From Elusimicrobiota bacterium (lineage in GTDB: Bacteria; Elusimicrobiota; Elusimicrobia; UBA1565; UBA9628): a stretch of DNA of 64,000 nt. Both the position numbers and the translations under genes were made by a program. This document shows positions 57,347 to 64,000 of this stretch, in pieces (position 1 is the stretch's first letter; every line of letters starts with the position of its first letter). Location of the stretch: positions 18,436 to 82,435 of the forward strand of contig JACRDQ010000040.1 in assembly GCA_016218545.1 (NCBI GenBank), given 5' to 3'. Under the pieces are notes generated by a model. That model saw only the letters and a list, made by a program, of their open reading frames with translations, was not told the origin of the DNA and did no database searches.

Positions 57347-58611
57347 TAGAGTACCTTCACTTCCGGCAGGGGGATGATGAAGCGGCCTCCGCGCTCGGAG
57401 AAAGCCTTGTTCTTGGCCATGATGGGCTCTGCGAAGTTCCAGGCCAGGATCAGCAGGTAGTCCGGTTTCTTGTCGAGGATCGCTTGGGACGTGGTCACGG
57501 GGATGTGCAGCCCCGGCGAGTACAGGCCCTGCTTCAGGGGGCTGTCGTCCACGATGAAATCGATGAGGTCCGGGCCGAGGCCGAAGTGGTACATCAAGGT
57601 CGTGGCCTTGGCAGGAGCCCCGAACCCGGACACGCTCTTCCCGGAGGACTTGAGGTCCTTGAGGAGCCTCTGCAAGGAAGCCTTGATGCCGTCGATCTTG
57701 GCGCCGAAGGCTCGGAGCCGCTCGGGGGTCTGCAGGCCGGCCATGGCCTCCTCCGCGATGAGGGCCTCGACCGAGGGGTCGGGCCTGCGCGGCCCTCCGG
57801 CCAACTGCGCCGTGCCCCGGAGCGAGCCGCCGTGGCTGTCCACGCGCTCGGCCGCTATGAGCTCCATGCCGTTGTTCCGGAAGAAGTCCTTGAGGGGCTT
57901 CACCGAATGATAGGCCAGGTGCTCGTGGTACATGGTGTCGAAGAGGGTCTTGGTGTAGACGTCGAGCAGGTAAGAGACCTCGAAGACGAAGACCCCGTCG
58001 TCCGCGAGCAGGGTGCGCACGCCCGCGACCATGCCCTTGAGGTCGTCGGCGTGGGCGAAGACGTTGTTGGCTGTGACCGCGCCCGCGGGCCCGCGCTGGA
58101 CGCGGAGCTCGCCGGCGAGGCGCTCGGTGAAGAAGACCGGCAGGGTCTCGATCCCGGAGGCGGCGGCCTGGGCCGCGATGGCCTTGGCGGGGTCCACGCC
58201 GAGGACCTTCATGCCCGCCTTCTGGAAGAACCTGAGCAGGGTGCCGTCATTGGAGCCGATGTCCACCACCAGGCTCCCGGGCTTGAGCGCGGTCCGGGCG
58301 AGGACCGTCTCCGCGTACCGCTCGAAGTGCTTCACGAAGACGGGGGAGGTCCCGGAGACGTAGACGTAGTCCTCGAAGAGGAGCGCGGGGTCCACCACGT
58401 CGAGCATCTGGAGGTGGCCGCAGGCCCTGCAAAGGAAGAAGTCCAGCGGGAAGGTCTGTTGGGGCTTGCCCAGGTCCGCGGCCTTCACGAAGGCGTTGGC
58501 CGGAGGCGTGGGGGTGAGCTTGAGGACCTCCACGAGATCGGCGCTCCCGCAGAGCCGGCAATCGGTCCTGCGGCGGCAAGCCGCTTGTCGGGGGGCGGGG
58601 TCCTGGGTCAC
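57346..58611 (-). CDS. NDP-sugar C-methyltransferase (TylCIII/EryBIII-like; Zn-ribbon + class I SAM MTase + C-terminal C-MT domain)
   Basis: The N-terminal CRLCGS....CRACGHLQ zinc-binding pattern, the VVDIGSNDG SAM motif and the C-terminal GAPAKATTL region. Confidence 0.8.
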   Translation of the reverse strand: MTQDPAPRQAACRRRTDCRLCGSADLVEVLKLTPTPPANAFVKAADLGKPQQTFPLDFFLCRACGHLQMLDVVDPALLFEDYVYVSGTSPVFVKHFERYAETVLARTALKPGSLVVDIGSNDGTLLRFFQKAGMKVLGVDPAKAIAAQAAASGIETLPVFFTERLAGELRVQRGPAGAVTANNVFAHADDLKGMVAGVRTLLADDGVFVFEVSYLLDVYTKTLFDTMYHEHLAYHSVKPLKDFFRNNGMELIAAERVDSHGGSLRGTAQLAGGPRRPDPSVEALIAEEAMAGLQTPERLRAFGAKIDGIKASLQRLLKDLKSSGKSVSGFGAPAKATTLMYHFGLGPDLIDFIVDDSPLKQGLYSPGLHIPVTTSQAILDKKPDYLLILAWNFAEPIMAKNKAFSERGGRFIIPLPEVKVL

Positions 58612-58994
58612 TTGAGGAGCTCCACCCGGATGACGTCCTTCTCGTAGGCCGTCTGGTCGCGCTGGTTGCGCGAGAGGGTGAGGAAGACCGTCTCCTCGGG
58701 GAACCGCATGGCGTGGTCCACCATGGGCGGGGTGAAGACCATGCTCCCGGCCTTGACGATGACCTTGTCCGGCTTGGCGAGGCTTCCCGTGTCCCGGTGG
58801 AAGTAGTACATGGTCCCGGAGACCACGTAGCAGTAATGCCAGTCCGTCTTGTGATAGTGGTTGCCGCGCAGGGCGCCCTTCTTGGAGCTGATGACCAGCG
58901 CGCTCTTCATGACGCGCTCGACCAGGGGCTGGATGATCCCGCGTTCGTCGATGAAAGGGCGTTCGAGCTTGACGCGGACTTCGTCGTTAGCCAT
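58608..58994 (-). CDS. Cupin-fold sugar-nucleotide isomerase/epimerase-like protein (WxcM/FdtA-like)
   Basis: 128 aa. GALRGNHYHK...HYCYVVSG is a cupin pattern. It overlaps the C-methyltransferase start. Confidence 0.6.
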   Translation of the reverse strand: MANDEVRVKLERPFIDERGIIQPLVERVMKSALVISSKKGALRGNHYHKTDWHYCYVVSGTMYYFHRDTGSLAKPDKVIVKAGSMVFTPPMVDHAMRFPEETVFLTLSRNQRDQTAYEKDVIRVELLK

Positions 58995-59001
58995 GGCCAG
59001 A

Positions 59002-60609
59002 CTATAGCAGAGTCTCGAGGCGTTGCTCCAGTTCCTTGAGGTCCGCGACCCTGGTCTGGGAGATGTCGAGAGCCAGGTCGTCGCAGGCCAGATACGCCTC
59101 GAAGGATGAGTACTGGTGGCGCACGATGCGCTGGATGAAGGTGCCGAGCACGTAGACGTGGATCTCGGCCTTGGGCAGCTCGTCCGGGGCAGGGACGAAA
59201 TGGCGGACGGCGCCGCGGCAGCCTTCGCCGGACGCGATCTGCCATTTCCCGACGGGCTCGCCCGGCGAGGCCTCCCAGGGGTAGGGGTTCACCTTGCTGC
59301 CCGCGGCTCGGAGCTCTGCCTTGCACAGACCGAAGGCGCGCACCGCGCGCTCGATGATGCCTTGGACGTCGGGCTTGGAGGCGGTCTCGGGCCAACGGAG
59401 CTCGATGACGGTGCCCTTGCCGGGCTCGGCGGAAGGGCTCCCGGACGACGACTCCTTGTCCGCCAGGACCATGACTGCCCGGTCCTTGGAAGGGCCTGAG
59501 AAGACCTTGATGCTGTCAGGTTTGAGGCGCTGCGCCGCGAGGAGCCCGTAGGCGAAGTGCCGTCCCCTGAGGGCTTCGGAGGCTTCGGGGTCGAGCAGGG
59601 CTCCGTAGGGGTTTCCGAGCTCCTGGGAGGAGAACGGTCTTCCGTCGAACGTCATGCGCAGGCCGCCTTCCACTGGGTCGAGGCCGATGTCCTTGGCGCC
59701 CGAGGCGGTCGCGCAGCGCAGCCAGGCCAGGATGAAGTCCTTGGGGTCCGGAAGCTGGTGGTCGCGCAGCTTGTCCAGGAGCCGCGAGACATCCACGCGG
59801 AAGGAGCCCGACTCGACGAGGACCGCGTCCGCGGTCTGGGGCCGCGGGGCTGCCTGAGGCTGGCGCAGGACCTTGTGCTCGAAGCTCTCCAGGTCGAGCG
59901 GCGGGCGAGACGACGCGAGGCGGGCCGCGAGCGTCGGATGCAGCGGCGCGGCCCGGAGCACGATCTTGGCCATCAGATGGAGGAGTTGGAGGGCTTGGCC
60001 CGCTCCTGCGAGTGCTAGGACCAGCGGGCCGCTGCGGACCACGGAGGCGAACGGCGTCATGAAGAGGAGCACAGCGGAGCCCAATAACCAGGCGAGGTGC
60101 AGGCCCGGGGCGAAGGTCCTGCGCAGTCCGGCGGCCGTGTAGCCGAGGGCCGCTGTCCGTTCGGACCAGAAGCGGTGGAATGCGAGAAGCAGGACCAGGG
60201 CGATGCCAGGGACTCCGAGGGCCCGGCGGTCCTGGAACGACAGGAGCGTCTGGCCCCCCGCGAAGAGGCAGCCCAGCAGGATCAGCAGCACTCCGCCTCG
60301 ATAGAAGGAAGCGAACCTCCGACCGATGAGATCCAGACCACCCATCACAGGACCCGGGATCCACGCGCCTCCATTCCGCGAGAGGTTCGACGACAGCAGG
60401 GCCGCTTCCAGCGACAGGATGACGCCCAGATATGGGAGGAGCGGGATGCCCGCAGAACCTCCGGCTGCTCCGCGGCCTCCCAGGATCCCGGGGGCCAGGA
60501 AAAGCCCCAGCCCGTGGGCCAGGGCGATGCCTGCCGCGAGCTTCTCCGCTAGAGGAGGGAGGATCGGCGCAGGTGCTTGCTCCTGGGTTCTCATGGGGCG
60601 GTCCGCCAT
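59002..60609 (-). CDS. Membrane protein with large cytoplasmic C-terminal domain, unknown function
   Basis: Trimmed to the ATG at 60609 (alternative start at 60594). The N-terminal ~270 aa are hydrophobic. The C-terminal domain has no motif I can place confidently. Confidence 0.5.
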   Translation of the reverse strand: MADRPMRTQEQAPAPILPPLAEKLAAGIALAHGLGLFLAPGILGGRGAAGGSAGIPLLPYLGVILSLEAALLSSNLSRNGGAWIPGPVMGGLDLIGRRFASFYRGGVLLILLGCLFAGGQTLLSFQDRRALGVPGIALVLLLAFHRFWSERTAALGYTAAGLRRTFAPGLHLAWLLGSAVLLFMTPFASVVRSGPLVLALAGAGQALQLLHLMAKIVLRAAPLHPTLAARLASSRPPLDLESFEHKVLRQPQAAPRPQTADAVLVESGSFRVDVSRLLDKLRDHQLPDPKDFILAWLRCATASGAKDIGLDPVEGGLRMTFDGRPFSSQELGNPYGALLDPEASEALRGRHFAYGLLAAQRLKPDSIKVFSGPSKDRAVMVLADKESSSGSPSAEPGKGTVIELRWPETASKPDVQGIIERAVRAFGLCKAELRAAGSKVNPYPWEASPGEPVGKWQIASGEGCRGAVRHFVPAPDELPKAEIHVYVLGTFIQRIVRHQYSSFEAYLACDDLALDISQTRVADLKELEQRLETLL

Positions 60610-60669
60610 CCGGGATTTTACCAGATGCGGACAGTGCAAACCGAAGGCAAAATTAGGGATAATCCCCGC

Positions 60670-62469
60670 ATGATGAAAACGCTTTGCCGCACCCTCCTCG
60701 CAGCCGGGACCCTGGCCCTGCTCGGTCCTGCCCCAGGCCTCGCCGCCGCGCCTGCCAAGCGGTCGCTCCAGGTCGGCGCGGCCGGAGGCGGGGCAGCGGC
60801 CAAGGCCGCTGCCCCGCAGACGCCGGTCCTGTCCGGGGCGCGAGCAGAGGCATTGGCGTCCCTGCTGGAGGACGGGGCCCTGGCCGTGCAGGTGCTCCTC
60901 ACCCTTCCCGAGGGGGTGCCGGGCGGCTTTGCCGTGGATGTGGCGGGTTTCGGCAGCCTGAAGGACGTCCGCGTCCGGACCCTGGGCAAAAGCGGCGCGG
61001 ACCTGCCGTTCACGGCGCGCAGGCTCAAGGGCGCCGCTCTGATCGAATGGTCCAGGGAGCCCGGAGACGAAGCCTTCCCCTTCGACGTCAGCTACACCCT
61101 CGGCCATGCGCTCACCGCGGGGGAGGAAGCGGACCTTCTGACCTGGGGGGTGATCAGCCCGGCTCAGACCCGGGGTTTCGCCGATGTCATCGCCATCCTG
61201 CGCTGCCGGACGCTCAAGGCCACGGTGCTCGGAGGCGCGGAGGGCACGGCGCTCAAGCCGGCCGCGTCAGGCGTCACCATGGTCGCCGAACGGCTCCCGG
61301 CCGGAACGCCGCTGCGGCTCATGGTCTCCGTGCCCAAGGGCGCGGCTCGGCCTGGTTTCGGCCTGGTCAAGTTCATGAAGACCACCGGAGGCAGCATCCT
61401 CATGTTCCTCCTGCCGCTGGCTGCCTTCCTCGCCTTGCTGGCCGCGTATTTGCTGCGGGGCATGGACCCCGTGCCTGAAGGATCGGAGTGGCACGAGGGA
61501 GGGCAGGAGCTGGCTCCCGAGGTCGCGGGCACGGTGGCCGACGAATACGTGGACAGCAGGGACCTCGCAGCCGCTGCCCTGGACATGGCCAAGGACGGCT
61601 ATCTCGAGCTCGAGTACGCGCCCGGGAGCGACGGGAACGCCGGGAGCCTGAGCGTGCGTCCTTCCAAGCCTTTCGAGGGCCTGGCCCCGCACCGCAAGGC
61701 CTTGGCGGAGCTCCTGACCTCTCCGGACGGCGCGGCCGGGCCCGGAGAGGGGGCCAGGGTCCTGGACGCGGTCTACGCGGAGACCGCTGCTCAAGGGTTC
61801 TTCCGCAAGGATCCCTCGGTCGAGCGCAAGACGTACACGGTCGCAGGCACGGCTCTCCTCTCCGCGGCCATCCTGTGCTTGGCGGCGGGCGCGGCTCCGG
61901 TGCGCTTCTTCCTGGGCGCGGTGGCGGGCTTCGCGCTCCCGTTCTTCATGGCGCGCCGGGCGCTCGCCAGCAAGTGTACGGCCGCACGAGCCGCCCTGGG
62001 ATTCGGCGCGGTCGTGGCCCTGGGCTTCGGCCTGGTCCTGGTCCAGCCCTTCATCGGAGAAGGCGGGGTGAGCTGGCTCGCCAAGGTCGGGGTGGGCCTC
62101 ATGTTCTCCTCGTTCTTCTTCTTCGCCTTCGCCTCGGCCATGCCCCAGCGCACGGTCAAGGGCTCGGCTGAGAAGGCCGCGGTCCTGGGCAGCCGTCTCG
62201 GCATCGAGATGTTCATCCCTCCTCCCGACGAGGAACGCAGGGACGCCGAGTTCCAGAAGGGACTGCCCTTCGCCGTCATCTTCCGGGTCCGGACGGATTG
62301 GGTCCGCCGCTTCTGCGCGGCCGGCGCCAAGGTCCCGGCCTGGTGGAAGCGCAGGGGCGACGGGAAGCCTGCCGCCGGGTTGAGCGAGGTCCAGACTGAG
62401 TTCGTCGCGTCCCTGGACCTGCTCACCGCCAAGATCGAGGACTTCATGCCCGCGGGGACCGGAGGCTGA
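60670..62469 (+). CDS. DUF2207-type membrane protein
   Basis: Trimmed to the ATG at 60670. Signal peptide, extracytoplasmic beta-rich domain, a TM helix, a soluble linker, then a C-terminal cluster of helices. This is the typical DUF2207 layout. Confidence 0.65.
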   Translation: MMKTLCRTLLAAGTLALLGPAPGLAAAPAKRSLQVGAAGGGAAAKAAAPQTPVLSGARAEALASLLEDGALAVQVLLTLPEGVPGGFAVDVAGFGSLKDVRVRTLGKSGADLPFTARRLKGAALIEWSREPGDEAFPFDVSYTLGHALTAGEEADLLTWGVISPAQTRGFADVIAILRCRTLKATVLGGAEGTALKPAASGVTMVAERLPAGTPLRLMVSVPKGAARPGFGLVKFMKTTGGSILMFLLPLAAFLALLAAYLLRGMDPVPEGSEWHEGGQELAPEVAGTVADEYVDSRDLAAAALDMAKDGYLELEYAPGSDGNAGSLSVRPSKPFEGLAPHRKALAELLTSPDGAAGPGEGARVLDAVYAETAAQGFFRKDPSVERKTYTVAGTALLSAAILCLAAGAAPVRFFLGAVAGFALPFFMARRALASKCTAARAALGFGAVVALGFGLVLVQPFIGEGGVSWLAKVGVGLMFSSFFFFAFASAMPQRTVKGSAEKAAVLGSRLGIEMFIPPPDEERRDAEFQKGLPFAVIFRVRTDWVRRFCAAGAKVPAWWKRRGDGKPAAGLSEVQTEFVASLDLLTAKIEDFMPAGTGG

Positions 62470-62471
62470 CC

Positions 62472-63281
62472 ATGAGCGCTGATTGCCGCATCTCGCCTTA
62501 TATCGCGACCTTCGAGCCGGTCAAGGACAGGCGCGGCGAATATTCGGACATCATCGCCACGCTTGAGCTGCGCTATCACGCCTTCGGGACCCCTAAGGCC
62601 GAGGGCTTCAAGTTCGTGGGCACCCTGCCGATCTCGGACGTCTCGGTGGCCGAAGCCGGCGGCAAGCCCATGCGCTTCTCCCAGGACGCCATGAGGGAGA
62701 CCCGCCTGTCCTGGAAGTTCGACCCGCCTCTCCAGGATTCCGAGGCCGGGATCATCATCCGGTTCCGGATCAAGGGCGCGCTGGGAGGAGACAAGGACTA
62801 CAACGTGTTCTCCGCGCCCTGGGTCTCGAACTTCAAGGTGGACGTGTCGGACGTGACCTACCGCTTCGTCTTCCCTGAGGGCTTCACGCCTTCCAGGGTC
62901 ATGCTGGCCGGCCGCAAGGCGGAGGAGCGTACCCTGCCGGACGGCAGGAGGGCCTTCGAGTTCAAGTCCTCCTCCCCTGGTCATGCCGGGTTCGGGGTGA
63001 ATTTCTACCCGGGCTTGGTGGTGCGCAAGGTTCCGACGGTCTCGTCCTCTTCGCGGTCCTACGGCAGCGGCCGCCGGGGCCAGGAGGTCCATCCCTTCTG
63101 GGTCGCGACCGTCCTGGTCACGGTGGGGTCGTTCCTGATCTGGGGCTGCTACAACTGCGTGAAGAAGGGCAACTGCGGCAGCAGCGGCGGCGGCTCCTCC
63201 TACTCGGGCGGCAGCAGCTCGAGTTGTTCGAGCTGCTCGAGCTGCTCGAGCTGTTCGAGCTGCGGGAGCTGCGGAGGATGA
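62472..63281 (+). CDS. DUF2207-N-like single-pass membrane protein ending in a Cys/Ser repeat tail (CSSCSSCSSCSSCGSCGG)
   Basis: It starts 3 nt after the previous stop. The N-domain resembles that of the upstream paralog but has no signal peptide. One TM helix (FWVATVLVTVGSFLIWGCY) is followed by a G/S-rich tail with six Cys at strict C-x2-C spacing. Confidence 0.65.
   Translation: MSADCRISPYIATFEPVKDRRGEYSDIIATLELRYHAFGTPKAEGFKFVGTLPISDVSVAEAGGKPMRFSQDAMRETRLSWKFDPPLQDSEAGIIIRFRIKGALGGDKDYNVFSAPWVSNFKVDVSDVTYRFVFPEGFTPSRVMLAGRKAEERTLPDGRRAFEFKSSSPGHAGFGVNFYPGLVVRKVPTVSSSSRSYGSGRRGQEVHPFWVATVLVTVGSFLIWGCYNCVKKGNCGSSGGGSSYSGGSSSSCSSCSSCSSCSSCGSCGG
63219..63272 (+). repeat. 9-bp tandem repeat (TCGAGYTGY)x5 plus one degenerate unit, encoding the (S-S-C)n tail
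   Basis: tcgagttgt tcgagctgc tcgagctgc tcgagctgt tcgagctgc gggagctgc. CTCGAG is palindromic and recurs every 9 nt. Confidence 0.9.
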
Positions 63282-64000
63282 CGTCCGACAGGAGGGGGTT
63301 TCGGTCCGGGGAGCCGTTCTTCCTCCAATGGCACATCACGGACCGCTGCAACCTCTCCTGCGGGCACTGCTACAGGCAGGGAGCCAAGACCGAGCCGTCC
63401 TTGGCGGACCTGCGCGCGGTGTGGGAGAACCTCCTGGACCTCAGGCGGTCCATGCCGCAGGACAAGGCCAGGGTCCAGCTCGCCGGAGGAGAGCCCATGC
63501 TCTCCCCGCATCTCTTCACGGTCCTCGATTGGGCGGCTGAGGCCGGACTGCAGGCCAGGATGCTCTCGAACGGCACCCTCATCGACCGCAAGGCAGCCGG
63601 CGAGCTCAAGGCCCATGCCTGCTCCATCGTCCAACTCAGTCTCGAGGGCATGGAGGACGCCCACGACGCGGTACGGGGAGAGGGGACCTTCGAGAAAGTC
63701 CTGGAGGCGGCAAGGTGCCTGCGCGAGGCAGGGGTCGGGGTCACCTTCGCCGTGACCCTGACCAAGGCGAGCGCGGCTGACCTGGCCGGGATCCTGGCCT
63801 TGGCGGAGCGCTTCGCCGACCGCCTGGGCTTCCACCGCCTAGTGCCCTGCGGCTCGGGCAAGGCCATGAAGGACTCGATGCTCTCTCCGGCGGAGCTGAA
63901 GAAGTCCTTCGACCTCATCCATGGGTTCAAGGCCGAGCATCCGAAGCTCGACATCCCGCTTCGAGACCCGCTGTGGAAGCCCTTCTTCCGCTGCGCGGAG
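63278..64000 (+). CDS. Radical SAM enzyme (SPASM/twitch-maturase-like N-terminal core), 3' end outside window
   Basis: Not in the ORF track because no stop falls within the window. The ATG at 63278 overlaps the previous TGA (ATGA). The translation MTSDRRGFRSGEPFFLQWHITDRCNLSCGHCY...QLAGGEPML...MLSNGTL stays open in frame to base 64000. Confidence 0.8.
   Translation, partial: MTSDRRGFRSGEPFFLQWHITDRCNLSCGHCYRQGAKTEPSLADLRAVWENLLDLRRSMPQDKARVQLAGGEPMLSPHLFTVLDWAAEAGLQARMLSNGTLIDRKAAGELKAHACSIVQLSLEGMEDAHDAVRGEGTFEKVLEAARCLREAGVGVTFAVTLTKASAADLAGILALAERFADRLGFHRLVPCGSGKAMKDSMLSPAELKKSFDLIHGFKAEHPKLDIPLRDPLWKPFFRCAE

Noticed and set aside
63200-63954. Minus-strand ORFs 63200..63835 and 63370..63954, listed in the track where I call a plus-strand radical SAM gene.
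   Set aside because: The plus frame from 63278 gives a canonical CNLSCGHC radical SAM core plus GGEP and further conserved blocks. It is absent from the track only because it has no stop before the window end.

Overview
GC-rich bacterial chromosomal window. Third codon positions are almost uniformly G/C, so every real gene is shadowed by long spurious ORFs in other frames. Many track ORFs were therefore trimmed to internal starts that have SD sites or overlap the preceding stop. I call about 53 protein genes and find no rRNA, tRNA or CRISPR array.

Gene content:
- Envelope glycosylation dominates. There are six GT-C-type (family 39/ArnT/PMT/TMTC-like) polytopic membrane proteins, three GT2 enzymes, a WecA/MraY-type initiating transferase, and a GT4 enzyme with a membrane tail. 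There is also a complete GDP-D-glycero-alpha-D-manno-heptose operon (gmhB, hddC-like, hddA, gmhA), a keto/C-methyl sugar operon and a B12-type radical SAM.
- A signalling block (24.2-35.7 kb) holds three histidine kinases (two hybrid), an OmpR-type regulator, a REC-GGDEF protein and a CheY-like protein.
- Housekeeping genes are glgX, hrpB, queC/queE and tkt.

Most interesting observations:
1. An unlisted 27-codon ORF (4665..4582, minus strand) abuts a PqqD-fused radical SAM/SPASM gene at the head of a GT2 + GT-C operon.
2. At the right edge, an operon encodes a DUF2207 protein, then a DUF2207-like protein ending in a (C-S-S)n tail, then an overlapping radical SAM gene. That last gene is absent from the ORF track because it runs off the window.
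3. A 313-bp palindromic element with perfect 36-bp termini (20962..21274) contains the SD of the downstream gene.
4. A 68-nt AT-rich perfect palindrome lies at 54407..54474.
5. One gene fuses a membrane class III nucleotide cyclase to an HD-GYP domain.

All functional calls rest on motif and architecture recognition by eye; no searches were run.
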